Shown one piece after another: positions 39,238 through 49,152 of a DNA stretch of 64,000 nt; the first letter of the stretch is position 1, and every line of letters starts with the position of its first letter. The translations under genes and the position numbers were made by a program. The stretch is from the NCBI GenBank assembly GCA_045128275.1, contig JBGVRH010000051.1:644-64643 (forward strand). Reading direction: 5' to 3'. The notes below the pieces were generated by a model. That model worked only from the letters and a program-made list of their open reading frames with translations, was not told the origin of the DNA and made no database searches. This DNA is from Eubacteriales bacterium. GTDB taxonomy: Bacteria; Bacillota; Clostridia; Oscillospirales; CAG-272.

Positions 39238-39453
39238 ATTGCAGTTTATGGGGGAACGGGGGAACGGCCTCCGGCGGCCAAGAACCTTTTTGGAAAAAGG
39301 TTCTTGGATCTCCAAAAACTTTCAAAAAAGCATAGATATGCCAAGAGATTTGATAGTGGGTAGCATAGGGAAAACCCCCATGGGGCCCCTTCCCCATTGG
39401 TATATTTGATTTGTGAAAGGGATATGCATCCCACCGATAAACCCAAATTTAAA
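39235..39453 (+). mobile_element. MITE-like element with conserved inverted ends (copy 1; family A hairpin inside)
   Basis: Left TAAATTGCAGTTTATGG, right CCGATAAACCCAAATTTAAA. Confidence 0.6.
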
Positions 39454-39468
39454 GAAAGGAGCCCCGCC

Positions 39469-39894
39469 ATGTCCCCCACCTACACCCCCATCCTCACCCC
39501 CGAGGACGCAAAGAGCTTCGTGGAAGCCGTCAACTCCCTCCACGACGGCGAGATCACGGCCATCAATTACCAATTCAACGGCATCACCAAGCTCCCCGAG
39601 GGCGGGCATATGTATGCCCCCGACATGACCGAAATGCGCATCACGGTGCTGGTCACCTCCATCTGGGACAGCGTGGTGGAGCTGGTCTTTGAGGCTTTGG
39701 ACGATTGGCAGCTCGGCGGCCACAGCGGGAGCTGTATCTACGACATTCTGGTGGACTTCAGCGACCGGGGCTTCGTGATCTGGACGACGGGCTGCTCCAC
39801 CGACATAGCCGTCATGCGGGAGGAGGATTTCGTTATCGCCCGCCGTATGAAGTGGCGCTTTGTTGAGGATAACCGCCCCGACGAATACAAGTAA
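39469..39894 (+). CDS. Hypothetical acidic protein
   Basis: RBS GAAAGGAG; SLHDGEITAI motif reminiscent of immunity-type proteins. Confidence 0.7.
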   Translation: MSPTYTPILTPEDAKSFVEAVNSLHDGEITAINYQFNGITKLPEGGHMYAPDMTEMRITVLVTSIWDSVVELVFEALDDWQLGGHSGSCIYDILVDFSDRGFVIWTTGCSTDIAVMREEDFVIARRMKWRFVEDNRPDEYK

Positions 39895-39924
39895 ACCGCG
39901 CAATAGCGCAAACAGGAGTAACAC

Positions 39925-40851
39925 ATGGAATTTCTATACTGGCTCGAATCCATCCGCAACCCCATCCTGGACACCCTCATGCTGATCTTCACCGAGTTCG
40001 GTAACGAGCTGCTCTTCATCGTAGCGGGGCTTCTCATGTTCTGGTGCATTGACAAGAAGCAGGGCTATTTCATCCTGCTGATCGGCTTCTTCGGGGTCTA
40101 CATCAACCAGTTTTTGAAGATCGCCTGCCGCATCCCCCGCCCCTGGGTGCTGGATCCCAATTTCACCATCGTGGAGGCTGCCCGCGAGGCCGCCTCGGGC
40201 TACTCCTTCCCCAGCGGACACACCCAGACCGCCGTGGGCTGCTACGGTGCCCTGGCCGTCTGCCGTAAGGAGACATGGGTCAAGATCGTGGGCATCGTCA
40301 TGTGCCTGCTGATTCCCTTTACCCGTATGTACCTGGGTGTCCACACCCCTTGGGACGTAGGCGTGTCCATTGTCATCGCCCTGACCCTCATCTGCATCCT
40401 GTGGCCTCTGTTCTGTGAGTTTGGTCATCAAAGAAAGCTCGTGTACCCCCTCATGGGCGTGCTGTCGGTCTTCGCCGTGGCCTTCCTGCTCTTCGTGACC
40501 CTCTACAAATTCCCCTCCGACATCGACGCGGCCAACTTTGAGAGCGCCGTCAAGAACGCCTACAAGTTTCTGGGCTGTACCCTGGGCATGTGGGTCATCT
40601 ACGAGGCGGATGCCCGCTTCATCAGGTTTGACACCAAGACCGCCAAGTGGTGGGCACAGATCATCAAGCTGGCGGTGGGCTTCGGGCTTCTGCTTTTGGT
40701 GATGGAGGGCTCCAAGCCTCTGTTCAATCTCATTTTCCAGGGCAACTACATCTCCTACGCGATCCGCTACTTCTGTACCGTCCTCTTTGCGGGGGCTGTG
40801 TGGCCGCTGACCTTTAAGTGGTTCGCGAAGTTGGGAGTCAAGAAAGCATGA
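39925..40851 (+). CDS. PAP2 family membrane phosphatase
   Basis: LKIACRIPRP, YSFPSGH, TRMYLGVHTPWDV. Confidence 0.93.
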   Translation: MEFLYWLESIRNPILDTLMLIFTEFGNELLFIVAGLLMFWCIDKKQGYFILLIGFFGVYINQFLKIACRIPRPWVLDPNFTIVEAAREAASGYSFPSGHTQTAVGCYGALAVCRKETWVKIVGIVMCLLIPFTRMYLGVHTPWDVGVSIVIALTLICILWPLFCEFGHQRKLVYPLMGVLSVFAVAFLLFVTLYKFPSDIDAANFESAVKNAYKFLGCTLGMWVIYEADARFIRFDTKTAKWWAQIIKLAVGFGLLLLVMEGSKPLFNLIFQGNYISYAIRYFCTVLFAGAVWPLTFKWFAKLGVKKA

Positions 40852-41417
40852 CGGACATTCGACTTTCACCCTTGCGCGAGGCAGACCGTCCCGCCTACGA
40901 AGCCCTCTACGAGTCCTCCTTCCCCGCCTCGGAGCGCAAGGAGCTTGGCTATATGCTTTCGGGTGAGCACGCCTCCGCTTACGAGGTGCTGGTCATCTCC
41001 ACCCCCGACTGCCCCGTGGCGGGCATGGTCATCACCGTGACCCACGGGGATCTCACCATGCTGGACTACCTCGCCATCTCCCCCGACCTCAGAGGACAGG
41101 GGCTGGGTCATGCCGTCCTGCCCATGATCCGCGACCGCGTGAAGGAGAGGATAGGCGGTCACTTCTTCCTGGAGATCGAGACCCCGCCCCCGCTCTGCAT
41201 CCCCCGCGATCCCTGTGACAACGCGGAGCAGAGGGTGCGCCGTAAGGCCTTCTACGCCTCGGCGGGCATGGTGGAAACGGGTGTGCGGGCGTTCATTTAC
41301 GGAAACGATATGGAGCTGCTGGCCTTTCCCGAGGACGCGGGGGCGATCACCTTTGCGGGGTACGATGCCCTGCTGAGGGCCACCTTCCCCAAGGGGATGG
41401 AGGCCGAAAAGATCTGA
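40848..41417 (+). CDS. GNAT family N-acetyltransferase
   Basis: LYESSFPASER, LDYLAISPDLRGQGLG, RRKAFY. Confidence 0.88.
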   Translation: MTDIRLSPLREADRPAYEALYESSFPASERKELGYMLSGEHASAYEVLVISTPDCPVAGMVITVTHGDLTMLDYLAISPDLRGQGLGHAVLPMIRDRVKERIGGHFFLEIETPPPLCIPRDPCDNAEQRVRRKAFYASAGMVETGVRAFIYGNDMELLAFPEDAGAITFAGYDALLRATFPKGMEAEKI

Positions 41418-41486
41418 ATCAAAGGGGGAGGCCGACACGTCTCCCCTTTTGCGATCCCAAAAAATTTCAAGAAATATCATGTTTTC

Positions 41487-41517
41487 GGTATCCCTCCCCC
41501 GAAAAATATCGTCTATA
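41487..41517 (+). promoter_or_regulatory. Putative ECF autoregulatory promoter
   Basis: GGTAT..AAAAATATCGTCTATA (CGTC -10 typical of ECF promoters). Confidence 0.5.
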
Positions 41518-41571
41518 CCTTACGAGGGGACATCCCGCCCCTCCATCTCCCTGAAAAGGAGGCAACCAACC

Positions 41572-42156
41572 GTGAAAGATACGACCACCGCCGCCCTCCC
41601 GTCAGACGAGGCCATTATCGACCTCTACTGGAATCGGGACGAGGCCGCTATCGCCGAGACCGACCGCAAGTACCGCGGGTATCTCCATACCGTAGCTTGG
41701 AATATCGTAAAGGACGAGCAGGACTGCGAGGAGTGCCTCAACGACACCTACCTCAAGACCTGGAACTCCATCCCGCCTCAAAGACCCAACTGCCTGAAGG
41801 CCTTCCTCACCAAGATCACCCGCACCATCGCCATCGACCGCTACCGCAAGGAGCGGCGGCAGAAGCGGGTGCCTTCTGAGTGCACCCTATCCCTGTCCGA
41901 GCTGGCCGAGACCTTGTGCGGGGACTCCCCCGAGGTGGAGTACGAATCCGCTCTGGTGGGCAAGGTCATCAACGATTACCTGCGCACACTGCCCGAGCGG
42001 GATATGTGTTTGTTCGTCAGCCGCTACTTCTGCTCGGATCCCATCGGGGACATTGCAGAGAAGTGCGGCATGAGCGAGTCGGGGGTCAAGAAGGCCCTTG
42101 CGCGGCTCCGTGAGGGGCTGCGGGAAAAGCTGGAAAAGGAGGGGATCAAGCTGTGA
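41572..42156 (+). CDS. ECF RNA polymerase sigma factor
   Basis: DEAIIDLYWNRDEAAI, DCEECLNDTYLKTWNSIPP, region 4 HTH; GTG start after AAAGGAGG. Confidence 0.92.
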   Translation: MKDTTTAALPSDEAIIDLYWNRDEAAIAETDRKYRGYLHTVAWNIVKDEQDCEECLNDTYLKTWNSIPPQRPNCLKAFLTKITRTIAIDRYRKERRQKRVPSECTLSLSELAETLCGDSPEVEYESALVGKVINDYLRTLPERDMCLFVSRYFCSDPIGDIAEKCGMSESGVKKALARLREGLREKLEKEGIKL

Positions 42157-43673
42157 AACGACCCAATGAAAAGAAGCAGGATCTGCTGTTGGATGCTCTG
42201 TCCTGCATTGACGAGGATATTTTAGCGAGGGGTCTGGCTCTCCGTGACGGAGCCGCCGCGCCCGCGCCCAAGGCGGCTGAGCCTGCGCCCAAGGCTCCCC
42301 GCCCCGCCACCGTCATTCCCCCGCTGTACGATCTGACCCGACAGCCCGACAAGCCCCCGAAGAAGAGCCCCTGGCGGGTGATTTCGGTGGTAGCGGCGGC
42401 CTGCCTGCTCCTTTGTGTCGTCCCTCTGTCCATGTGGATGGTGGGGAGCATGACCAAGAACGATGCCGAGGCGGGAGACACCCTGTTCGATAGTATCGGC
42501 ACTCACGCGGGGATTCAAAACGGGACGAGCGCGGAGGACTTCCTCCCGGGTGCGCCCGGTGACGGCTGGGGGGAGAATGACGCGCCCGAGGCGGAATGCC
42601 CCGTGGATACGGAGGTGTTCGAGGAATCCTTCGAGATCATGGCTCCCGAGGGTGCTGAGACCGATGGCTGGCAGGATCCGGAGGCAGATACAGAGGGCGT
42701 GATCTTCCCCACCAAGCCCTACTCCCCCGAGGCGTGGGTGTGGAATACCGTCTCCCATACCAACGGCTACGCCGAAAAGAACATCCAAGTGACCCTTCCC
42801 GGTCAGCCCGATCGTATACTGAACTACTTCTACACCGCCACGGTGGAAACCTTTGCGGGATCACAGGCTGATCAGGATGCCTTCCGCGACCAAAACGTCA
42901 GCCCCGAGGATGCGCTGGTGCTGGATCTCTTCGCCCAGTACTGCATGAGCCTGTATACCATGGATTACGGCTCCCACTTCCTGCTGTTCCATCCCGCTAT
43001 CGTAGAGGAAAGGTTCACCAAGGAGGTAGCTCCCCATTCCTACGAGGCTGCTCTGGGTACCATCAACACCCTTTTGGGTCTCATGCTCCCCTACGATACC
43101 GTCTCGGCGGATATCACCCTGACAGGCAACTATGCGCTGACGGGTGATGCCCTTGACGAGTACCTGGCCGATCTGCGAAAGCGCACCGAGTCTGCTGGAC
43201 TGTCCATAGAGAATGTCACCGCCGCCCGCTGCTTCACCGCCGAGAGCATCCTGACGGTGGGCGGTCGCTTCACTCCCGAGGAGTGGGGCTACGGGCCGGA
43301 CTTCTACTGCTTTGAGTATGATGGGGTCTGGTATCTGGACGGTCGGAACATGGACGATGACCTCTGCATCGACTTTGCCCTGTCCGGCACGATCCAAGGC
43401 ACGGGCTACCTCCGCCCCGAGACCTACGAAGGCACCGTGGCCGTCATAGAGGAGGGCTATCTCTTCATGGACGATGGAACGGTCTTCTACACGGATGCCG
43501 TCGTCTCCGAGCAGATCGCGGGACACCGTCTGTCCGTCGGGGACAGCGTGTCCATTCGGCATTACGATTTCGGACTTGCCGTGAGCGATGAAGCATACGG
43601 TGCGGGGATCCTTGACGGTGAAGGGATCCTATACAAGGCAGTCCAACTGACCGTTATTGAACGAGATGAATAA
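42153..43673 (+). CDS. Putative membrane anti-sigma factor
   Basis: LLDALSCIDEDIL N-terminus, TM VAAACLLL, acidic external region; overlaps sigma stop. Confidence 0.75.
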   Translation: MKRPNEKKQDLLLDALSCIDEDILARGLALRDGAAAPAPKAAEPAPKAPRPATVIPPLYDLTRQPDKPPKKSPWRVISVVAAACLLLCVVPLSMWMVGSMTKNDAEAGDTLFDSIGTHAGIQNGTSAEDFLPGAPGDGWGENDAPEAECPVDTEVFEESFEIMAPEGAETDGWQDPEADTEGVIFPTKPYSPEAWVWNTVSHTNGYAEKNIQVTLPGQPDRILNYFYTATVETFAGSQADQDAFRDQNVSPEDALVLDLFAQYCMSLYTMDYGSHFLLFHPAIVEERFTKEVAPHSYEAALGTINTLLGLMLPYDTVSADITLTGNYALTGDALDEYLADLRKRTESAGLSIENVTAARCFTAESILTVGGRFTPEEWGYGPDFYCFEYDGVWYLDGRNMDDDLCIDFALSGTIQGTGYLRPETYEGTVAVIEEGYLFMDDGTVFYTDAVVSEQIAGHRLSVGDSVSIRHYDFGLAVSDEAYGAGILDGEGILYKAVQLTVIERDE

Positions 43674-43674
43674 A

Positions 43675-43714
43675 AAGAGATCCCGCAGGGCATCACGCTC
43701 TGCGGGATCTTCTT
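43675..43714. terminator. Intrinsic terminator between convergent genes
   Basis: AGATCCCGCAGGGC..GCTCTGCGGGATCT. Confidence 0.75.
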
Positions 43715-43793
43715 ACGCGGTTCATAGGATTCGTCTTGGTGGCGGCTGATAGCCGCCGCTACGGAACGTGCTATGTTATGTGTCCCTCTTCCC

Positions 43794-44540
43794 TCACCCG
43801 TGGGAGTCCGTCCGCGCCACGGTACAAAGGATCACGCTCCTTGCCCCCGCCTCCACCAAAAGTGCGGCACAGCGGTTCAGAGTCGCCCCCGTGGTACACA
43901 GATCGTCGCAGATCACCACGGTGCGGTCGCGGACGATCTCGGCGGCTGTATCGGACAGGACATAGGAGGAGGTGGCGTTGACTTCTCTCTCGGCGGCGTT
44001 CAGGGTCTTCTGCTCGGCGGTCTTGCGGTGGGTTCGCTTTATGAGCGGGGCAAAGTCACCGTCACAGGCCACCGCCAAGGCCTTGGCCAGCCTCCTCGCT
44101 TGGTCGAAGCCGTCCTCGCGGACAGCCGAGCGGCGGCGGGGCGGGTAGGTAAAGAGCAACGGCCTATCCTCCCCCACAGGCGCGCAGGTAGGCAGGGTGG
44201 CGGCGGCATCCAACAGGCGGGGTGCCAGCCGCTCCGCCACGAAGGCGAATACGCGGGGATCCCCTTGGTGCTTGACGTGGTAGATGAGCTTTTCGGGCAC
44301 ACCGTCGGCATGACCCGGGCGGTAGTGGACGAGGTAGACCAGCCCGCGGCTCGCGTCGGCGGCGGCATGATCGGCGGCCTCGGTCATGGCGGTCTCCCAG
44401 GCGGTACGGCAGAGGGGGCAGAAGACCGTGGCGCGCTTCGCAAAGGGAGGGAGGAGATCGTCACAGCCCACGCAACGGGGCGGGAAAAGGAGGTCGCGGG
44501 CGGCGGATGCGGTTCGGTGGAAGCCGTTCCCCTTACCCAT
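43794..44540 (-). CDS. ComF family phosphoribosyltransferase-like protein
   Basis: LLFPPRCVGC..CPLC, GFDQA, DDLCTTGATL. Confidence 0.9.
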   Translation of the reverse strand: MGKGNGFHRTASAARDLLFPPRCVGCDDLLPPFAKRATVFCPLCRTAWETAMTEAADHAAADASRGLVYLVHYRPGHADGVPEKLIYHVKHQGDPRVFAFVAERLAPRLLDAAATLPTCAPVGEDRPLLFTYPPRRRSAVREDGFDQARRLAKALAVACDGDFAPLIKRTHRKTAEQKTLNAAEREVNATSSYVLSDTAAEIVRDRTVVICDDLCTTGATLNRCAALLVEAGARSVILCTVARTDSHG

Positions 44541-44847
44541 TACGGGACAGCTCCTTCATGAGACGGCAGACCAGCTTCTGGGATTCCCTCGGCAAGCCGT
44601 AGAACATCTCGGTCAGCTCGTCCGCCGAAATGACCTCGCCCTTTTCCTCCTCGGTCTCGGTGAAAAACTCCGCGAGCGTGATACCAAAGCCCTTGCAGAT
44701 GGCCTCCAAGGTAGCAATGGAGGGTTGGGTCTCCCGATTGAACATATTAACGAGGGTAGATTGGGGCACTTCAGATTCCTCAGAAAGGCGGTAAACCGTC
44801 CATCCCCGCTCCAAGCGCATACGGTTGATCTTCCTTAATGCGTCCAT
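44533..44847 (-). CDS. XRE family HTH regulator
   Basis: RGWTVYRLSEESEVPQSTL..PSIATLEAICKGFGITLAEFF; RBS GGGAGG. Confidence 0.88.
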   Translation of the reverse strand: MDALRKINRMRLERGWTVYRLSEESEVPQSTLVNMFNRETQPSIATLEAICKGFGITLAEFFTETEEEKGEVISADELTEMFYGLPRESQKLVCRLMKELSRNG

Positions 44848-45018
44848 ATTTACCTCCCAAATGGAATGTAGTAAATATATTATAGCGAATATGGACGAAT
44901 AAATATTTATCCTTATGGGTTCTATTAACAACTCATTTGAGTATAAAATAATCCAAAAGCTGATTCTATGTGTTTGCACCAATGAAAAAGCGACACGAAA
45001 GTTCCCTGTCGCATCGCC

Positions 45019-45231
45019 TTATCGATTCACTTTCGGATTATCGGTTCGCCCCATAATATAATCCATGCTGACACCGTAGTAGTCAGCCAAGATCATGAGT
45101 GTATCGGTGGGCGGGATCCGCACGCCATTTTCATACTTTGACAAAAGTGCCTGTTCAATGCCCGTTTCCATCTGTACTTGGAGTTGGGTCTTTTCTTTAT
45201 AGAATCGCAGTTCCTTCAATCGGTTGATCAT
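45019..45231 (-). CDS. XRE family HTH regulator
   Basis: NRLKELR..LSKYENG..LADYYGVSMDYIMGRTD; RBS AAGGAGG. Confidence 0.88.
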   Translation of the reverse strand: MINRLKELRFYKEKTQLQVQMETGIEQALLSKYENGVRIPPTDTLMILADYYGVSMDYIMGRTDNPKVNR

Positions 45232-45330
45232 AACCCCCTCCTTTATTCTCTTATGACATTTTATCATATCGGCACACGGCGTGTCATGACATTTTGTCAT
45301 GTCAAATAGAGGTGGGTTAGATCGGTTTAC

Positions 45331-45566
45331 TTTCAAATTTGGGTTTGTCGGTAACAGAAATCCATTGTAGGGGAGGGGCTTGCCCCTCCCGCGGGCGACC
45401 ACATGGGGTCGCCCCTACACACATTTTTTTAAAAACAGTATAATCAAAAATTTGTTGATACACAATAAGATTTGCTCGTAGGGGCGGCCCCATGTGGCCG
45501 CCCGTGAACGCGCGAAGCGCGTTCAATTCCGAAGGAATAAAACACACCGCTAAACCCCAATTTGAA
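45331..45566 (-). mobile_element. MITE-like element with conserved inverted ends (copy 2; GTAG REP hairpins inside)
   Basis: TTTCAAATTTGGGTTTGTCGG .. CCGCTAAACCCCAATTTGAA; inner GTAGGGGAGGGGCTTGCCCCTCCC, GGGCGACC..GGTCGCCCCTAC, GTAGGGGCGGCC..GGCCGCCC. Confidence 0.65.
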
Positions 45567-45641
45567 GGTCAGCCGAATCGCCACACTGCCATTCCCCCCA
45601 AACAAAAAACCCCGCAGAGCCAACGCCCTGCGGGATTCATG

Positions 45642-47258
45642 TTACATATTCTGATGGAACTCCGACAGCTTCAGCCCCGGATTCTTATCCAGCGCCCAGT
45701 CGATCTCGTAGTCGCCCACGAAGACCAGGAGGTTCCTTCCCTTCACGTCCTGTACCCACTTGGTGTTCTGCATGAGGCGGAGGGAGGCGGGGTTCAGCTC
45801 GGCGGGATCGTTGTCGATGTAGCGGATGAGCTGGTGGGGGGTGTCCCGCTTGTAGTACTTCACGCCGTACTCGGATTCCATGCGGAACTGCAGCACGTCG
45901 AACTGCAGCACGCCGACCACACCCACGATGACCCGCTCCATACCCGTACCGGGCTCAAAGAAGATCGGGATGGCACCCTCCTGGGCGATCTGGGTCATGC
46001 CCTTGGCGAACTGCTTGCGCTTCATGGAGTCGATCTGCTCGATGACGGCGAAATGCTCGGGGGCGAAGGTGGGGATGCCCGCGTACTGGATCTTGGCACC
46101 CTTGGCGCAGATGGTGTCACCGATGGAGAAGATACCGGGATCGAACACGCCGATGATGTCGCCCGCGTAGGCGGTGTCGATGATCTCGCGCTCCTGGGCC
46201 ATCATCTGCTGGGGCTGGGAGAGCTTGACTGGCTTGCCTGCCTGCACGTGGAAATACTCCTCCCCGCGCTCGAACTTACCCGAGCAGATACGCATGAAGG
46301 CGATACGGTCGCGGTGAGCCTTGTTCATGTTGGCCTGGATCTTGAAGACGAAGGCGGAAAAAGGCTCGTCGAAGGGAGAGATCTCGGTGGGCTCCACGGC
46401 GGGATGGACGCTCTTGTGGGACAGGGGGGCGGAGGTCATCTCCAGGAAGCGCTCCAGGAAGGCCTCCACGCCGAAGTTGTTCAGAGCCGAGCCGAAGAAC
46501 ACGGGGGAGAGCTGACCGCAGCGCACCTTCTCGATATCGAAATCGAAGCACGCGCCGTCCAGAAGCTCGATCTGCTCGGTGAGGATCTCGCGGGCGCGCT
46601 CACCGATGAGGCTGTCCATCTGCTCGGTATCGTTGATATCACACTCGATGCCCTTGAGTCTCTTGCGACCTGCGTGGCGCTCGTCGAAGGTGAGGATGGA
46701 CTGGCGATCCCGCTCGTAGACACCCTTGAACTCCACGCCGCAGCCGATGGGCCAGTTCATGGGGTAGGTGCCGATGCCGAACTCCTTCTCCAGCTCGTCG
46801 ATGAGGTCGAAGGGGTCTCTTGCTTCTCTATCCATCTTGTTGATGAAGGTGAAGATGGGAATGTGCCGCATGGCGCAGACCTTGAAGAGCTTACGGGTCT
46901 GGGGCTCGATACCCTTGGCGCCGTCAATGACCATGACCGCGCTGTCGGCGGCCATGAGGGTACGGTAGGTATCCTCCGAGAAGTCCTGGTGGCCGGGGGT
47001 GTCCAGGATGTTGATGCAGAAGCCCTCGTACTCGAACTGCATGACGGATGAGGTGACCGAAATACCTCTCTTCTTCTCGATCTCCATCCAGTCGGAGGTG
47101 GCGTGGCGGTCGCTGGACTTGCCCTTGACCGCGCCCGCAGACTGGATCGCACCTCCGTAAAGGAGGAACTTCTCGGTGAGGGTCGTCTTACCCGCGTCGG
47201 GGTGGGAAATGATGGCGAACGTCCGACGACGCTCGATCTCCTGCTTGAAGTCTGCCAT
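45642..47258 (-). CDS. prfC: Peptide chain release factor 3
   Basis: RRRTFAIISHPDAGKTTLTEK, SDWMEIEKKRGIS, DTPGHQDFSEDTYR. Confidence 0.98.
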   Translation of the reverse strand: MADFKQEIERRRTFAIISHPDAGKTTLTEKFLLYGGAIQSAGAVKGKSSDRHATSDWMEIEKKRGISVTSSVMQFEYEGFCINILDTPGHQDFSEDTYRTLMAADSAVMVIDGAKGIEPQTRKLFKVCAMRHIPIFTFINKMDREARDPFDLIDELEKEFGIGTYPMNWPIGCGVEFKGVYERDRQSILTFDERHAGRKRLKGIECDINDTEQMDSLIGERAREILTEQIELLDGACFDFDIEKVRCGQLSPVFFGSALNNFGVEAFLERFLEMTSAPLSHKSVHPAVEPTEISPFDEPFSAFVFKIQANMNKAHRDRIAFMRICSGKFERGEEYFHVQAGKPVKLSQPQQMMAQEREIIDTAYAGDIIGVFDPGIFSIGDTICAKGAKIQYAGIPTFAPEHFAVIEQIDSMKRKQFAKGMTQIAQEGAIPIFFEPGTGMERVIVGVVGVLQFDVLQFRMESEYGVKYYKRDTPHQLIRYIDNDPAELNPASLRLMQNTKWVQDVKGRNLLVFVGDYEIDWALDKNPGLKLSEFHQNM

Positions 47259-47405
47259 GTGGGTGGGTTCCTTTCTTTCTATGGGTGCCCCGTGGGGGGA
47301 AATGTGTATACGTATCAATCTTATCTATTATAGCCGAAAAACGCCGTTCTGTCAATGGTGGGGAATACAAATTTTTCATTGGTTGGAGAGGATTTACCGA
47401 ACATC

Positions 47406-47434
47406 TTGACAAATGAGGGCGACCGTGGTAGAAT
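47406..47434 (+). promoter_or_regulatory. Sigma-A promoter of toxin mRNA
   Basis: TTGACA-17bp-TAGAAT. Confidence 0.75.
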
Positions 47435-47589
47435 AAGAGCGGTCATATGACCCTTAGGGGTTACCTGCTTTGCCCTCGGGTAAAGCAACGGTGGCGGCTT
47501 GCTTCCTCTTTCGGTTTTACCGCGGAGAAGCGAATTTCTGATTGGAATCATTCAGCCTTCTCCGACAAAACGCGGGGGAGGTGATGCAC

Positions 47590-47688
47590 ATGGTTACATG
47601 GATCGAGCTGATCGCGCTTCTGGCGTTGATCGCCCAGATTATTGGCATTTGTGTCAGCATCTATCTGAACAATAACAAAAAGAAATAA
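47590..47688 (+). CDS. Small hydrophobic peptide, putative type I (holin-like) toxin
   Basis: Manual translation MVTWIELIALLALIAQIIGICVSIYLNNNKKK (32 aa); RBS GGAGGTG; one TM plus basic tail. Confidence 0.8.
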   Translation: MVTWIELIALLALIAQIIGICVSIYLNNNKKK

Positions 47689-47775
47689 CCGCCTACACCT
47701 TGCACGTTAAGACGGTTATTTCTTGACTTGTAAGGGAAGCAACCGTCAGTCGTTCTCGACGGTAGCCCCTTCGTA
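47672..47775 (-). ncRNA. Putative antisense antitoxin RNA
   Basis: Minus-strand TTGACA-17bp-TATAAT at 47781-47809; hairpin AGAAATAACCGTCT..AGGCGGTTATTTCT plus U-run overlapping toxin 3' end. Confidence 0.7.
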
Positions 47776-47842
47776 CTCTTATTATACCGCAAAGGGACTG
47801 ATTTGTCAACCCCTTTGCGGTATTTTCTTTTCAACGCTTCCC

Positions 47843-48979
47843 TTACTGTTTCTTCCAGTCCTTTACGGGGGTGATGCACTTGGCCACCTCACGGAGTCTT
47901 TCCATGATCGCTTGGAAGCGCGGTTCCTCGCGAATGGCATCGTAACGGCTCTGATGCTTCATTTTGTAATAGCAGAAGTATGCGGTATTGATGTGCTTAT
48001 TGCTCCATTCTTCACCGTAAACCAAGCAATTCGTAAAGGGGGATGTGAAGGGATCCCCGGGCTTGGCAGCTTCGGCGGCAACAGCATGGTCACACATCTT
48101 TTCCAGAGCATCCAGCGTCTCTTCGGTCTTTCCTTGGGCAATCAGGTAGGTGGCCATAAAGCGGTAAACCTTTGCCACATCACCGTGATAGTGATTGAGG
48201 TTCTCGCCAAAGATCATGTGGTAGAGGTCAATGACCTGCCGATAGTAGGCGATCTTTTGATCCCACCCCTCGGGATCATTGGGGATAACGCAGGCGATAT
48301 AGTCGGTGAGACATGCGCAAAGTCTGTCAGCCAACTGCTCCATATATTCCTGCTTGGGCTTTTGGTCTCCGCCGTTTCCGCTCAAAATGGCACTGCGCGT
48401 AACCTCTCGGCAATTCCGCATGGACGGCAGAGTAGCCATGATACGCTCCGCGCGCAGAGTATCGTGAAAGCCGTTATAGTACAAGGATGCCAGACGGGTG
48501 ATCATACTGTTTTTGAATTCCTGATCCTCCGTACGGTCGATGAGGGCAAGATAGATTTTTTCGGCCTCAGTCAACTCTGCCAGATGGGATTCAGCCTCCC
48601 CGTCCCACATGTAGACGCGGCATAGGGTATTGGCCAGATGCGCCTGAATCCTTTCGTCGGAGGGGAATTCAGCCGTAAACTTTCTTGCTTCGGGAATGGC
48701 AGTTTCTTTGCTTCCCAACTCATCATGCATAGCAATGACGTCATATATCTCCGCGAGTCTCTTTTCCTTTTCTGTTCGGTTCAGCCCCAGCAGCTCGTCG
48801 GTGCTGACCGAGAAAAACTCCGCGATGGAGGGCAGAAGCTCGATATCGGGGTAGCTGGTCTCGGACTCCCAGCGGGAGATGGCCTGGGGGGTACAGCCCA
48901 GGAAGGTGGCGAGCTGATCCTGCGTGACTTTGTTCTTGGTGCGGAGGCTTTTGATGGTAGTTCCGATCTTCAGGTTCAT
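47843..48979 (-). CDS. XRE HTH regulator with long helical (TPR-like) C-terminus
   Basis: IKSLR..TQDQLA..QAISRWE..YPDIELLPSIAEFFSVSTDELLG. Confidence 0.85.
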   Translation of the reverse strand: MNLKIGTTIKSLRTKNKVTQDQLATFLGCTPQAISRWESETSYPDIELLPSIAEFFSVSTDELLGLNRTEKEKRLAEIYDVIAMHDELGSKETAIPEARKFTAEFPSDERIQAHLANTLCRVYMWDGEAESHLAELTEAEKIYLALIDRTEDQEFKNSMITRLASLYYNGFHDTLRAERIMATLPSMRNCREVTRSAILSGNGGDQKPKQEYMEQLADRLCACLTDYIACVIPNDPEGWDQKIAYYRQVIDLYHMIFGENLNHYHGDVAKVYRFMATYLIAQGKTEETLDALEKMCDHAVAAEAAKPGDPFTSPFTNCLVYGEEWSNKHINTAYFCYYKMKHQSRYDAIREEPRFQAIMERLREVAKCITPVKDWKKQ

Positions 48980-49152
48980 GTTGTCTCCTTATTTTGTTTT
49001 TCGTGTATGGTTGGTAGGTGTGTTGTAAGCTTACGCCTATATCATACCACAGAAAGACGCAAAAATCAATTATCAATCGGTTGTTGCGGGGTTAAGAGTT
49101 GGTTAACATCGGGGGTAAGAAGACCGTCCCCACGGGGAGGACGGTCATCTTC

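Noticed and set aside
44533-48979. Prophage or ICE remnant suggested by several XRE genes and a toxin
   Set aside because: No integrase, structural or conjugation genes; XRE genes are interleaved with prfC and comF.
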